This document shows positions 46,174 to 55,560 of a stretch of 64,000 bases of DNA, piece after piece. Where the stretch lies: positions 3,580-67,579 of IMG/VR virus record IMGVR_UViG_3300020050_006875. The stretch is one strand, 5' to 3'. Below the pieces are notes generated by a model. The model did no database searches. It saw only the letters and a program-made list of their open reading frames with translations, and was not told the DNA's origin. Both the position numbers and the translations under genes were made by a program. How positions within the stretch are numbered: the stretch's first letter is position 1; the number at the start of each line of letters is the position of its first letter. The stretch comes from a virus. Lineage: Duplodnaviria > Caudoviricetes.

Positions 46174-48396
46174 TTACGCAGTCCTTCTTCTCAGGAATGT
46201 CCCTTTAGGGAAAAGCCTTGAGGCATTACTTGTAGGGCGTTCTACAAACAGAAACGGATTGCTGTAATCATTCACATTGTACTCATAAAAGTGAACCATT
46301 ATCGTAGACATCGTGGCATCACTCTTAGTCCTGTCCGTAATGTCAAACTGCATATTGTCATTGATGTTAGCCATAAACGGATAGCGAATAGGCTCTTCAA
46401 TGATGTTGTAAATGTGGTCTCCTAAGTACAAGGCATCCCCACGAAGGAAATCATTGAAGTATGTAGCACCACGCCTAACAACATCACTTCCTTGCCCCTC
46501 TCCTCCTGTGTGAATTCCGATGGTTTCCCATTGGCTTTGTGATGGAGACTGCTCATTCAATATCTCTGCCTCCCTCAAAAGGAATCCTCCATAGCCTCTT
46601 GTGTGGAAGAAGTTCTCCACAGAAATGGAAGTGTTATTCTCCACAATCACAGGCATTGAATAATACACCGCAGCCATAAGCAATTGATCAAGGTCAGAAT
46701 TCATATCAGCGGATCGGTGGAGGAAGGATAGGAATACGGATGGCGTAGGGAAGTATCCCGGCATATTTCTTCCTGTGTTCAGCCTTTCCTTTCTGTTCTG
46801 CTCCTCGTAATATCTGTTGTAATACAGCTTGCCTGTGATAGCCATTTTAGACCCCTTGGTCTTTGTGCTTGCTTTTAGATAGGGGTCAACACCAAGCGAA
46901 CCAAGTTTAACATTCGTAGGGGCTTTTACACCTCTTCTTGATGTGGTTTTGTTTATAAGGTTTGCCTGTGGCTCCCAGGTTCTTTGTATTGGACCTTTGG
47001 CATCATCTCTCCATCCCACAATAGAACGCTCTTTAGCATCAAGCCAATAGAAATATCCTGTGCGGATTTGGTCTTGTATCTCTTTCGTATCAGCAGTTCT
47101 CTTCAGAGCCTGGAGGATGGTGACATCAAATGGGCAATGCTCATTAAGGCTATTAAACGCATCCGATGGATTGAATGGGTTCTGCCTCATCTCTTCAGCA
47201 TACAAGTCATCCAATCCCGCCTCAAGGAGTTGTTGCCTATCACGCATCAACTTATCCTTCGCTCCTATCCTTTCATCGTGTCCGTGTTCCTGCATCCATT
47301 CCCACTGCTCCTCATCAGGATAGTGGACAATGTCATTGCCGTATTCATCTGTCCATCCGGGAAGCCCCATATAGGCAGGGAGGAATAGACTTACAAGTTT
47401 GTTGGTGGTGGTGGGATACTTCCCATTCTGCCGTGTCTCAATGTTGGCTTGATCATAGAACTTTTGGAACTCTGCACCTCCCTGGTCTCCTTCTTCCGTT
47501 GTTGTAGGGAAGAAAGCAAATCCCCTCTTTCGGCCATTCACCATCAAGGCTCGCACTTGTTTTGCCCACCACTTTGTGATTTGCACTTGCACCCACTTAC
47601 CACCTTCATCGGCAAATAGTCCGTTCAGACGCTTACCATCCCATCCTCGCTTTGTCAAGGCACGAAGTCTTATAGAACCTCCCAATGCTTTGGAAACGCT
47701 GGCAGTTTTCTTAGTTTTCGACTGCCTCTCTGGTGGCTCAACAAGAAGCAATTCGTTCTTGTTCATCCTGTGTACAGGAATCAACCATAGCGGAAGCGCA
47801 TTTACAGGCTTTGCAATAAGTTCATCAAAGTTCTCATCAGCAAGCTTTTGATCAGAAGATGAAAGTCCTATGTTCTGCCTCTCAGCACGAATGGCAAGCC
47901 AAAACATAATAAGGTGACCCCTAGTGGACAAACCTTCCTGCCTACCCTTTAGATATATAACCCCAAGTTCTTTGTGGTGTTCGTGGATGTTCCAACAGTA
48001 GTGTAATATCTTTCTCTGCCTGTCCCGATATTCAAGGAATCCATCATTCGTTTCTACGGCAGGCTTCCAATAGTTTAGTCCAAGGTACATCCAAGGATTC
48101 AGCCATGTAAGCGCACCACGAATGTATATCCATTGTCCCGAATGGAATATCTTCTTAATCTCATCCTTGATGAACTGTTGCTGAAGAGGTGTGTAGTGAA
48201 TAGAGCCATCTTCTTGTCTTTGGCTCTTTTCAATGTTCATATACTCCGGGATGGGAGTACGGGTGAACTTTGCCTTCGGGTCTCCATACCCAGGAACTGT
48301 CGTTAAATCAGATGGAATTGGAGGCGTGATGCAGTCCAAACTCCAAATGGTTTCAACGATTCTATTGTTCTTGATTTTTTGATTCTCTCCAAGCAT
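46174..48396 (-). CDS. terL: terminase large subunit
   Basis: YLKGRQEGLS Walker A-like, LFADEGGKW Walker B, GSLGVDPY and RTKSDATMS RNase H-like nuclease acidic residues. Confidence 0.92.
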   Translation of the reverse strand: MLGENQKIKNNRIVETIWSLDCITPPIPSDLTTVPGYGDPKAKFTRTPIPEYMNIEKSQRQEDGSIHYTPLQQQFIKDEIKKIFHSGQWIYIRGALTWLNPWMYLGLNYWKPAVETNDGFLEYRDRQRKILHYCWNIHEHHKELGVIYLKGRQEGLSTRGHLIMFWLAIRAERQNIGLSSSDQKLADENFDELIAKPVNALPLWLIPVHRMNKNELLLVEPPERQSKTKKTASVSKALGGSIRLRALTKRGWDGKRLNGLFADEGGKWVQVQITKWWAKQVRALMVNGRKRGFAFFPTTTEEGDQGGAEFQKFYDQANIETRQNGKYPTTTNKLVSLFLPAYMGLPGWTDEYGNDIVHYPDEEQWEWMQEHGHDERIGAKDKLMRDRQQLLEAGLDDLYAEEMRQNPFNPSDAFNSLNEHCPFDVTILQALKRTADTKEIQDQIRTGYFYWLDAKERSIVGWRDDAKGPIQRTWEPQANLINKTTSRRGVKAPTNVKLGSLGVDPYLKASTKTKGSKMAITGKLYYNRYYEEQNRKERLNTGRNMPGYFPTPSVFLSFLHRSADMNSDLDQLLMAAVYYSMPVIVENNTSISVENFFHTRGYGGFLLREAEILNEQSPSQSQWETIGIHTGGEGQGSDVVRRGATYFNDFLRGDALYLGDHIYNIIEEPIRYPFMANINDNMQFDITDRTKSDATMSTIMVHFYEYNVNDYSNPFLFVERPTSNASRLFPKGTFLRRRTA

Positions 48397-48802
48397 TGTT
48401 GCTTTTTTTCAAAGCCTCCTTCATTTCACCAATAAAGGTTTCAATTATCTTCTTGCAATATAGCACTTTAGATGCGTTTGTCAACTTAGGAAGCCTACCA
48501 CTTAGTCGAGAAATATCCCCAAATAAACGGAGCATTTCTTTCCTCGCTTGGAATGCTTGCCAATCCCTGTCAAGAATGGAACTATAAGGAAACGCTCTCA
48601 GCCCTTTCTTGAACAAAGGCTTCCCCACCTCATACCAAGTTTCGGGGTGTACATATTCCTTTGTTTCCCCCACCATCTTCATGTAGCACTTGCCATCAAT
48701 TATTTGGGATACTTGCCATTTTGCGGAGATGTGTTGCCCTCTTAGGAAGATAAAATCTCCTTCTGCGATTTGCTTGATTTTCTTCTGACTTTTTCGATTC
48801 AT
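48362..48802 (-). CDS. hypothetical protein
   Basis: 146-aa ORF directly upstream of terL. Confidence 0.55.
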   Translation of the reverse strand: MNRKSQKKIKQIAEGDFIFLRGQHISAKWQVSQIIDGKCYMKMVGETKEYVHPETWYEVGKPLFKKGLRAFPYSSILDRDWQAFQARKEMLRLFGDISRLSGRLPKLTNASKVLYCKKIIETFIGEMKEALKKSNNAWRESKNQEQ

Positions 48803-49046
48803 CCTTTATCCGTTTTAGTATCCACAATCTTTTGCCTTCCTTTATGAGGATGAAGCATCCACGATACATATGTTTGATGTACTTCCTGAATTCAATGTGG
48901 GTGTTGGCTACAAATCGGGATTTATTTATGGACACAATATGTCCAAGAGGAACATCCCATAACACCCGGCTAAGTATTATAAACTGCTCACGCTTCGGCT
49001 TCCTCCTCTTCCTTTCTTTTTCTGCCTTTGCTAGGACCACTTTCAT
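48696..49046 (-). CDS. hypothetical basic protein
   Basis: 116 aa; fills the gap 48803-48987 but overlaps both neighbours. Confidence 0.4.
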   Translation of the reverse strand: MKVVLAKAEKERKRRKPKREQFIILSRVLWDVPLGHIVSINKSRFVANTHIEFRKYIKHMYRGCFILIKEGKRLWILKRIKDESKKSEENQANRRRRFYLPKRATHLRKMASIPNN

Positions 49047-49557
49047 TGTTCACCTCTCTTAATGCAGCTTCCAAAGCACCCTCTCCAAAATCACTGAGAA
49101 TCTTACCAGCATTGAAGTCAGCCTCTGCCACCTCATTCTTCTTAAACAAATCTTCTGCCAATCTTTTTATCTCATCCATTACAGGCTTCAACTTGAGGCT
49201 ATTCTCAATCTTAACCTTGTAAGAAGAGTTCTCGTTTGAGGTTTTACCTTCTATCTGCATCTCAGGAGTCCTGATGGAATCGCAGACATTATGATACATC
49301 ACCACTAAACTCCAATAAGCCTCTGCCTTGATGTTGTAAAGAAAGAACTCTCTGCTGGCATCTCTTAGAGCCTCGTCATCAATTGAAAACTTCAGCCTCC
49401 GTGTAGTTTCCGCCACCCTGCCCTCCCAGGTCAAACTCAGGGGAATCGAGTCGGAGTAGATTAGTTCTGTCCATTGCCTCTCCTTTTCGGATATTCTCCT
49501 TATGCTTGTTGAGGATGTATCTTGCTCCTCTGAATGTATCGTCTTTGACTTCGCCAT
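48988..49557 (-). CDS. hypothetical protein, terminase small subunit candidate
   Basis: 189 aa, helical, A-rich leader, near terL; function inferred from position only. Confidence 0.5.
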   Translation of the reverse strand: MAKSKTIHSEEQDTSSTSIRRISEKERQWTELIYSDSIPLSLTWEGRVAETTRRLKFSIDDEALRDASREFFLYNIKAEAYWSLVVMYHNVCDSIRTPEMQIEGKTSNENSSYKVKIENSLKLKPVMDEIKRLAEDLFKKNEVAEADFNAGKILSDFGEGALEAALREVNNESGPSKGRKRKEEEEAEA

Positions 49558-49828
49558 TTTCTATTTCTCTAAGTAGTTGTTCGTACAATGTCATTATAAC
49601 AGGCAATGCCCCGATGAGAAAACTATCTCCGGGGCTTCCGATACCTGTAGCTACAAGGACATTACTTTTTCTGACATAAACCTCGTAGCACTTAATTGTT
49701 TCATTAAAGACTCTTCTCCAACTATCCTTGCATTCCGGTAGATGAATATCCCCTCTCTGCTTCCCAACATTCCCAGTCTTGCCTTTGGCTCGGACCTTGT
49801 CTTTAACAGTTTCTTTGTAATCCTCCAT
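49379..49828 (-). CDS. hypothetical protein
   Basis: 149 aa; 179-nt overlap with the downstream gene. Confidence 0.4.
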   Translation of the reverse strand: MEDYKETVKDKVRAKGKTGNVGKQRGDIHLPECKDSWRRVFNETIKCYEVYVRKSNVLVATGIGSPGDSFLIGALPVIMTLYEQLLREIENGEVKDDTFRGARYILNKHKENIRKGEAMDRTNLLRLDSPEFDLGGQGGGNYTEAEVFN

Positions 49829-49977
49829 GATCGTTTCAATTCGTTAAGTGTGGCGTAAGGGAAAAACTGAATGCCGTTGTTTAAATAATCATCAAACTGA
49901 TAAAACTTAAACCGCCCCACCCTATTTTGATTATAGGAGAGCCATATCACAGCATTCAACTTTCCCCCGACCTCCAT
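49651..49977 (-). CDS. hypothetical protein
   Basis: 108 aa; covers 49829-49955 but overlaps the next ORF by 178 nt. Confidence 0.3.
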   Translation of the reverse strand: MEVGGKLNAVIWLSYNQNRVGRFKFYQFDDYLNNGIQFFPYATLNELKRSWRITKKLLKTRSEPKARLGMLGSREGIFIYRNARIVGEESLMKQLSATRFMSEKVMSL

Positions 49978-50219
49978 ACAGCTATCCCACAGGGGTCTTT
50001 TTCTGTTGCATCAAGTATATCGTATTCAAAACGCCCCTCAATACCTTCCCTTCTGCGCCATCTAGCAAAGGTGCTTCGCAGTGAGTCGTAGTTCTTAATC
50101 GTGAGATTTGGGAACACAATGTATTTGATGGACTTTTTGAAGAAAGGCGTGAAGTCGTACTTAATAGGACGACCCATTCTTTTAGGTTCTTTAAATAGTG
50201 GAACATTGCGAGTCTTCAT
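49956..50219 (-). CDS. small basic protein, possibly DNA-binding
   Basis: MGRPIKYDF motif; ATGA-type coupling. Confidence 0.55.
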   Translation of the reverse strand: MKTRNVPLFKEPKRMGRPIKYDFTPFFKKSIKYIVFPNLTIKNYDSLRSTFARWRRREGIEGRFEYDILDATEKDPCGIAVWRSGES

Positions 50220-50857
50220 TTTACAGGTTTGTTCTTGACAAATGTCATTCTCTTGGCATCATCACCATAGCACAACACCATTCGCTTCCTCACAAGGAAT
50301 CCTTCCTTCCATCCAAGCCTTACATTAGCCTCGTGTCCCCAAAAGAGAACAGTGCCTTCAGGGTAGTGTTTATTCTTCCCGGATACAATGCCTCTGTCTG
50401 TGTAAAACTCTCTCACATTCTGCCGGGGCTTCTGAAGAGTGTCTATACTTATAAGTTCAATGTTTGGGATGATGATTCCTGATGCAGACCTAGCAGTCTC
50501 AATAGGCTTGCAATAAATGTACTCCCCTGCCATCTCTCCATCTACGGAAATAACAGAATCGGGGAGAACAAGTAAATGCCCATCAATCTTTGGCATATGT
50601 CCCTTATACACGGAATGAGCCTCAGAAAACCAAAAGGTGGCTTTCTTGCCAATCACCGACTCGTCATATTCACCCGATAAGGGAGCTTTGACAATGGTAC
50701 CTTCCTCGCACAGTCCATTTGTTTCGTTATAAATATTGGATGGGCTATGAAGGAGGAGTGTCCCAAATTCAATTGTATCCTTGTAGATACCGGTGATTTC
50801 TACAAGGTACTCCCTTATTGGGCGAAGACTTTCCGTGTATTTCGCTACAAATGCCAT
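50216..50857 (-). CDS. two-domain GroES-like protein
   Basis: GTIVKAP...GKKATF and IYCKPIE...SASGIIIP...RGIV...GTVLF resemble two degenerate Cpn10 units. Confidence 0.55.
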   Translation of the reverse strand: MAFVAKYTESLRPIREYLVEITGIYKDTIEFGTLLLHSPSNIYNETNGLCEEGTIVKAPLSGEYDESVIGKKATFWFSEAHSVYKGHMPKIDGHLLVLPDSVISVDGEMAGEYIYCKPIETARSASGIIIPNIELISIDTLQKPRQNVREFYTDRGIVSGKNKHYPEGTVLFWGHEANVRLGWKEGFLVRKRMVLCYGDDAKRMTFVKNKPVK

Positions 50858-51129
50858 TAAAGAATGCAGTGAATGTCGTGTTCCCTCATAATGAGGTACT
50901 CAACCTTGTTGAATTCAGCACGAATGCCAGCTCCTTTTGTGTAGAGAACTTTGTTGCCCTTCTTGACAATTTCCACCTTGTCTCCGATGGCAATCACTTC
51001 TCCCTGTGGAGGAGACTCTTTTGCGGAATCAGGAATAACAAGGAGGTTATTCTCATCATAAAAATCTGCTGCCTTTTCCGGCAAAACGAGAACCCTCGTT
51101 TCAATCATCGTTACTTGTGGGTATTCCAT
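50857..51129 (-). CDS. groES: co-chaperonin GroES (Cpn10)
   Basis: RVLVLP...LVIPDSAKESPPQGEVIAIG...KGNKVLY..GAG...EYLIMREHDI. Confidence 0.9.
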   Translation of the reverse strand: MEYPQVTMIETRVLVLPEKAADFYDENNLLVIPDSAKESPPQGEVIAIGDKVEIVKKGNKVLYTKGAGIRAEFNKVEYLIMREHDIHCIL

Positions 51130-51503
51130 ACTATTGCTTTTAAATTCGGGGGAGTATAATTGTTTGATTTCATCACTTTTCCATCGGCTCTGTAAATGGG
51201 ATGGCCATCATCATCAAGCTTGCTCATATTGCTTCTGTGAACCTCATCGAATAAAGCAGGCAGCTTATCAGCTATCCCGTATTCCAATGCCGTTCCAAAC
51301 AATATGTAAAGGCAATCAGCCATTCCATCAGCCACTTCCACCATATCACCTTTCACACAGGCATCAAGCAATTCGCTCACCTCTTCCTGAAGAAGCTTGT
51401 GGCGAAAGACTGCTCTCTCAACGGGAATGAATTTAAGAGTGTTGGCAATTGGGTGTCCAAATGCCTCGTGAAACTCTTTTACTTGCTTTATGTGTTTTTC
51501 CAT
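51111..51503 (-). CDS. MazG-like nucleoside triphosphate pyrophosphohydrolase
   Basis: QEEVSEL...EVADGMAD...EVHRSNMSK...RADGKVMK. Confidence 0.85.
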   Translation of the reverse strand: MEKHIKQVKEFHEAFGHPIANTLKFIPVERAVFRHKLLQEEVSELLDACVKGDMVEVADGMADCLYILFGTALEYGIADKLPALFDEVHRSNMSKLDDDGHPIYRADGKVMKSNNYTPPNLKAIVWNTHK

Positions 51504-51519
51504 AAAATTGCGTAGCGCA

Positions 51520-51527
51520 CAAAACTA
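51520..51527 (-). promoter_or_regulatory. Bacteroidota -7 promoter element
   Basis: TAGTTTTG upstream of 51503. Confidence 0.55.
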
Positions 51528-51545
51528 CTGCAATTATTTCACATC

Positions 51546-51941
51546 TCAAACTTTCTTTCTCTGTTCGCTGGTTATCCCTGCGTGGCACTCCTTGCAAACC
51601 ACCTCCAATAAGTCAATATTTTCAACAAACAATCTCTCACAAAAGCCTGGGAGGTCACTATATGTTTTAAGGCTTCCAACAGGAATTATGTGATTCACTT
51701 CCACATTCTTTCTGCTATGTAACTTATTGCACACAGCACATTGATACACCACCCTTTTCACCTTCCCTGAGAATGTTGTATGCGAGGCTTGCTTCAGCGC
51801 AACAGAGAATGGCTTCCACCATCGGGAGATGTTTCGCAAAGCACTTCTTATCTTTCCAATATGCATACTTTGCGTTTCTGTAGCTGCGTTGCGAGTTCTT
51901 TCAACACGAGGTTTCGGGGTGGGCTTTTTACTATTTTTCAT
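51546..51941 (-). CDS. HNH endonuclease
   Basis: YQCAVC...VEVNHIIPVG...LEVVCKECH. Confidence 0.8.
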   Translation of the reverse strand: MKNSKKPTPKPRVERTRNAATETQSMHIGKIRSALRNISRWWKPFSVALKQASHTTFSGKVKRVVYQCAVCNKLHSRKNVEVNHIIPVGSLKTYSDLPGFCERLFVENIDLLEVVCKECHAGITSEQRKKV

Positions 51942-52323
51942 ATACTATTTCTCCTGGCTCTGGAATATAACAACCGAGTTCCGAGATGGCAAATCTGCGA
52001 ATATTTTCAACATACTCCTCCATCTCAACAGTGTTGAGAGAAGTGGTGGATCGTACGAACATCTCCTCTACACCATCAGATACTTGTTTAGGGTATTTGA
52101 GAAACTGCCTCTGCATTAGCTGATGCGCCTCATCCTTGGTGTATCCCGTTTCATCGCTGATGTAGGCTATCACAACTCCCCAATAATACCTTGACTGGGC
52201 CATAGACCTTGTTGCCCGGTTCTTCTTGATGCTGATGGCATTGCTTCCCTTTAGCTGCTTGAGGATGGAGAACAACTTGTTTTTATCCTCCGTTTTGTCA
52301 AAATTGATTAGTAAGTCTATCAT
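51931..52323 (-). CDS. NinB-like recombination protein
   Basis: RSMAQSRYYWGVV...STTSLNTVEMEEYVENIRRFA...YIPEP. Confidence 0.75.
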   Translation of the reverse strand: MIDLLINFDKTEDKNKLFSILKQLKGSNAISIKKNRATRSMAQSRYYWGVVIAYISDETGYTKDEAHQLMQRQFLKYPKQVSDGVEEMFVRSTTSLNTVEMEEYVENIRRFAISELGCYIPEPGEIVYEK

Positions 52324-52757
52324 TTCTTTCTCTTTGTTTTCTTCTCTGTTGCTGTGTAAGGGCGGTAGACATCACCCATTGTCATGTAGTAAATCAAATA
52401 CTGTATCGGAGGAGGGGTTTCGCTTCTCAGCATTTGCCTCTCCCAATCCGCTCTTTGGAAATAGTCTTTAATCGCTTTGTAAGGCTCTGTTTCTTCTCCA
52501 ATGATTTCAGAGTCGTAAAAATCTTTTGCGTGTCTTATGCTTAATGTTATAAGCCTTAAACTTGAATTGGCAGATAGAATGGATTTCCAATTTGTTCTAT
52601 GCACATCATTTTCCACCAATTCAAGCAATTTGTTGCGTTCTGCCATTACTTCTTCGTCTCCCCAATATTCCTGGGGAGGTTGGCAAATGTACGAATAGCA
52701 GAAAGTGTGGAGGATGTCCCACTTCCGCTGGATGGGGTCAGAATGGAGCTTCATCAA
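52320..52757 (-). CDS. hypothetical protein
   Basis: 145-aa ORF in the replication operon. Confidence 0.6.
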   Translation of the reverse strand: MMKLHSDPIQRKWDILHTFCYSYICQPPQEYWGDEEVMAERNKLLELVENDVHRTNWKSILSANSSLRLITLSIRHAKDFYDSEIIGEETEPYKAIKDYFQRADWERQMLRSETPPPIQYLIYYMTMGDVYRPYTATEKKTKRKK

Positions 52758-54690
52758 AATTAAATCCAGACTTTGTGGTTAATATGCTTTTTGGTTCTTC
52801 TTTTGGTATAGGAGATGTATTACGCATTTTTGCTATTGGATTAAACCCTTGAAGAGTAGCAAATCCACATCCATCATTCATTTGAAACACAAATGGCTCT
52901 TCAAATGGCGATGGCCTACCGCCTGTCTCCGTTTCTTTGATTTTTCTAACATGGATTTCTGTGTCTTTCCATTTTTCAGTATGATTCGGCCTGCGATGGA
53001 TGGTAAGAAAATCATCTGCTTTTGCAGCGAACATACTTCCTTGCTCCGTATCAGCCATCAATGGGGCTAATGGAAAGCCATCTGCATCTTTCATTCGCAT
53101 CGCTCCTGTTCCGGGATGGGCATTGACATAAACGCTAACCTTGTTTGCTTTTGCCCAATAACGAAAAGCATTAAGGGTGCTATAGTGGTATTGGTAAGCC
53201 TCTTTAGACGGAACATCAAGACTGTTGTATGTATCAACCAAAACACTTTGAACATTGTGTTTGGCATGAACGGCAGAAAACATTTCTAAAACTTGCGTGT
53301 AATTGTAACTTTCGGTATTATCGATGATGAAGAAATGGTTTTTTACAAAATCATAGGCTTCCTTTCTTTGGGCAGGGGATTGGTAGCGAATCGGTCTGCT
53401 CCAGTAATACTCCACCATTTTAGTCCTCATGCCCCCTGCTGAGTTTTCAGAACAAAGCATTACCCATTTCCATTTGTGCTGAATAGCCGTAAGCATAGCC
53501 AAATACCAAAGCACTACAGTTTTTCCAACATTCGCATGGCCATTTACAATTACAAGATTTCCTTGCTTAAAAAGAAAATACTTATCAAGTTCGGGGAATC
53601 CGGTTGAAAGCCCCATTTTAAAACTTCCATCCACAACGGATTGAAAGTAATTATCAATATCCTCTTCTTTGGAAAGAAATGAAAGCGTTTCCGTATCAAT
53701 TGGTTTTCTTGCTTCGGACTGAGTAAATGATGGCTTGACAAATGGTTCCAATGAATCAGGTTTCTTTTCACCATACCCCATTGCGCCCAACTGCCTTGCA
53801 GCTTCAACATAATCTCCATCGCATTCAAGCCAAGTGAAAATATGCCAAGGTCTATACGCCTTCTCAGGCTCAAATATTGTTGATGTAGTAAATACACTAA
53901 ACCAACCTTTCTCTTCATCGTAGTTCCCAGAAGTTGCAGCATTGGTATCGCCTGGTCTTTTAAGATTTATTTTACTTCCGCTTTGGCCAACAATAGTCCA
54001 TCCATGAGATTCTAGCAACTGCAAGACATCTCCTCGATTGTTATAATCATCTCCAGGAGACAAACCCATCCCTGCGGAAGGCAGAGGCTTTGGACTTCGA
54101 GGAACGGGCGGTTCAACAAGGAAGTATTGGTTTAACTGCCTCGCACAAGAAAACAACAAATCCCTTTCTTCAACAGAAATTGTTTTGATGTCGAAAAGAG
54201 ATCCGTAAATTATTTCATAGTCTTCCGTTGGAGGAATCACTATCTGACCTCCTTCCCCACGAGTTTCAATCAACACTCTCACTTTGTCGTGAGAATTTGT
54301 GGCCATCTCCTCTGCCGTTGTGAAACGCCTTGCTAATTTTATATTGCCCTCAATCACCGAGCATCGATAAATGAAATGATACCCTCCGCTACGAGTACGG
54401 CTTACTACAAGCTTTGACAGAAGAGACTTGCTTGATTTTGCTATCAAGGTTTTGTAGTCATCAAACAACTTGCCATCAAGACTGTACTTTGTGTCAATGT
54501 CTATCACCTCCACATTTCCGCTGATACTTCCGGTTGCCAAACCTATACCCCCAAGTTTTGGGAATCGAGATAGGTCGTAAACCGTTTGTATCTTTTGCCA
54601 GTCTTTAGCAAGTGGGACTTTGTTTCCATCAACAGGAATTATCTGCAATCCCTCTATGGCCTGAACTTCGGAAAACTTTTTAATATCCAT
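52738..54690 (-). CDS. primase-polymerase (AEP) fused to an SF4-like helicase
   Basis: VEVIDID, RTRSGGYHFIY, ETRGEGGQIVIPP; NGHANVGKT Walker A, VLVDTYN Walker B, VNAHP; start moved to ATG 54690. Confidence 0.85.
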   Translation of the reverse strand: MDIKKFSEVQAIEGLQIIPVDGNKVPLAKDWQKIQTVYDLSRFPKLGGIGLATGSISGNVEVIDIDTKYSLDGKLFDDYKTLIAKSSKSLLSKLVVSRTRSGGYHFIYRCSVIEGNIKLARRFTTAEEMATNSHDKVRVLIETRGEGGQIVIPPTEDYEIIYGSLFDIKTISVEERDLLFSCARQLNQYFLVEPPVPRSPKPLPSAGMGLSPGDDYNNRGDVLQLLESHGWTIVGQSGSKINLKRPGDTNAATSGNYDEEKGWFSVFTTSTIFEPEKAYRPWHIFTWLECDGDYVEAARQLGAMGYGEKKPDSLEPFVKPSFTQSEARKPIDTETLSFLSKEEDIDNYFQSVVDGSFKMGLSTGFPELDKYFLFKQGNLVIVNGHANVGKTVVLWYLAMLTAIQHKWKWVMLCSENSAGGMRTKMVEYYWSRPIRYQSPAQRKEAYDFVKNHFFIIDNTESYNYTQVLEMFSAVHAKHNVQSVLVDTYNSLDVPSKEAYQYHYSTLNAFRYWAKANKVSVYVNAHPGTGAMRMKDADGFPLAPLMADTEQGSMFAAKADDFLTIHRRPNHTEKWKDTEIHVRKIKETETGGRPSPFEEPFVFQMNDGCGFATLQGFNPIAKMRNTSPIPKEEPKSILTTKSGFNFDEAPF

Positions 54691-55468
54691 ATCCTGCTTT
54701 TCTATCTTCCGCTTCACATTGTGCCTTTGTCTTTCTCGATGTTCTTCCGACCACCCGAATATCATCGGGGTATTGCATATAAGCCGTACTATCCCTGTGC
54801 TGCCAATTGTAAATCCATTCTAGTTCTTCTCCCGAAATTACATCCAACCCTTTTTTAAGAAATAGATTCATCTGAGCATCGCCTTGGTCCTTGGACATCT
54901 TCAGAGAACGATTAAACTCTGGAGCATCAGCATCCTTAAACCAATTGGTCTGAACTTTCTGTTTCCAGTTCTTTACCTTGCTTCCTTTGCTATCTATCCA
55001 ATCGTGATTGTTGTAGTGAGCAAATGCCTTTCGTGCTTGAGCATCGGACTGGCCATTTTGGACAAAATAGGCCAACACCTCTTCGTAAGTTGGGGCAACA
55101 AATGTTTTACCTTCTTTCTTTTTGATTGGTTTTTTACCACCGTATTCTTCTACATCTTCTTCTACATCTACATCTACATATACATTGCCTTCTGTTTTGC
55201 TTTCAACTTGCTCTAAGTTTGCTTCTGTTTTGCTTCCGACTTGCTTCTGTTTTGGTTTGCATCCGTTCTCCCACTTCCTTCGGTTTGCTTCCATATTTGG
55301 CTTTATCAAAATCCATATTGTTTTTGATATTCCAGATAATTTCGGTTCAACACCATCGAATCCATATTCAAATATGGCCTTCATAATTTCAAGCTGATTA
55401 GCTTCCGGCAATTCAATAATTGCCTCATAAAAACTTCTGTACAAGATCATAGAATCACGCTCTTTCAT
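54680..55468 (-). CDS. replication initiator (replisome organiser-like)
   Basis: MILYRSFYEAI...QLEIMKAIFEYG N-terminal domain, low-complexity linker, FVAPTYEEV...WKQKVQTNW C-terminal domain. Confidence 0.75.
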   Translation of the reverse strand: MKERDSMILYRSFYEAIIELPEANQLEIMKAIFEYGFDGVEPKLSGISKTIWILIKPNMEANRRKWENGCKPKQKQVGSKTEANLEQVESKTEGNVYVDVDVEEDVEEYGGKKPIKKKEGKTFVAPTYEEVLAYFVQNGQSDAQARKAFAHYNNHDWIDSKGSKVKNWKQKVQTNWFKDADAPEFNRSLKMSKDQGDAQMNLFLKKGLDVISGEELEWIYNWQHRDSTAYMQYPDDIRVVGRTSRKTKAQCEAEDRKAGYGY

Positions 55469-55560
55469 AAAACAAAAACCCCGCTCGGTTTCCCTGTTTG
55501 GAACGCAGAAATTACAAACTGCACAGGTACGCCGAGAGGGGCTTGTTTAAGATTTTCCAT
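55465..55560 (-). CDS. putative 31-aa leader peptide
   Basis: MENLKQAPLGVPVQFVISAFQTGKPSGVFVL; its TGA overlaps the initiator ATG (ATGA). Confidence 0.45.
   Translation of the reverse strand: MENLKQAPLGVPVQFVISAFQTGKPSGVFVL

Noticed and set aside
54691-54765. N-terminal extension of the primase-helicase given in the ORF track
   Set aside because: It overlaps the initiator gene in another frame; ATG 54690 gives the usual 11-nt overlap.
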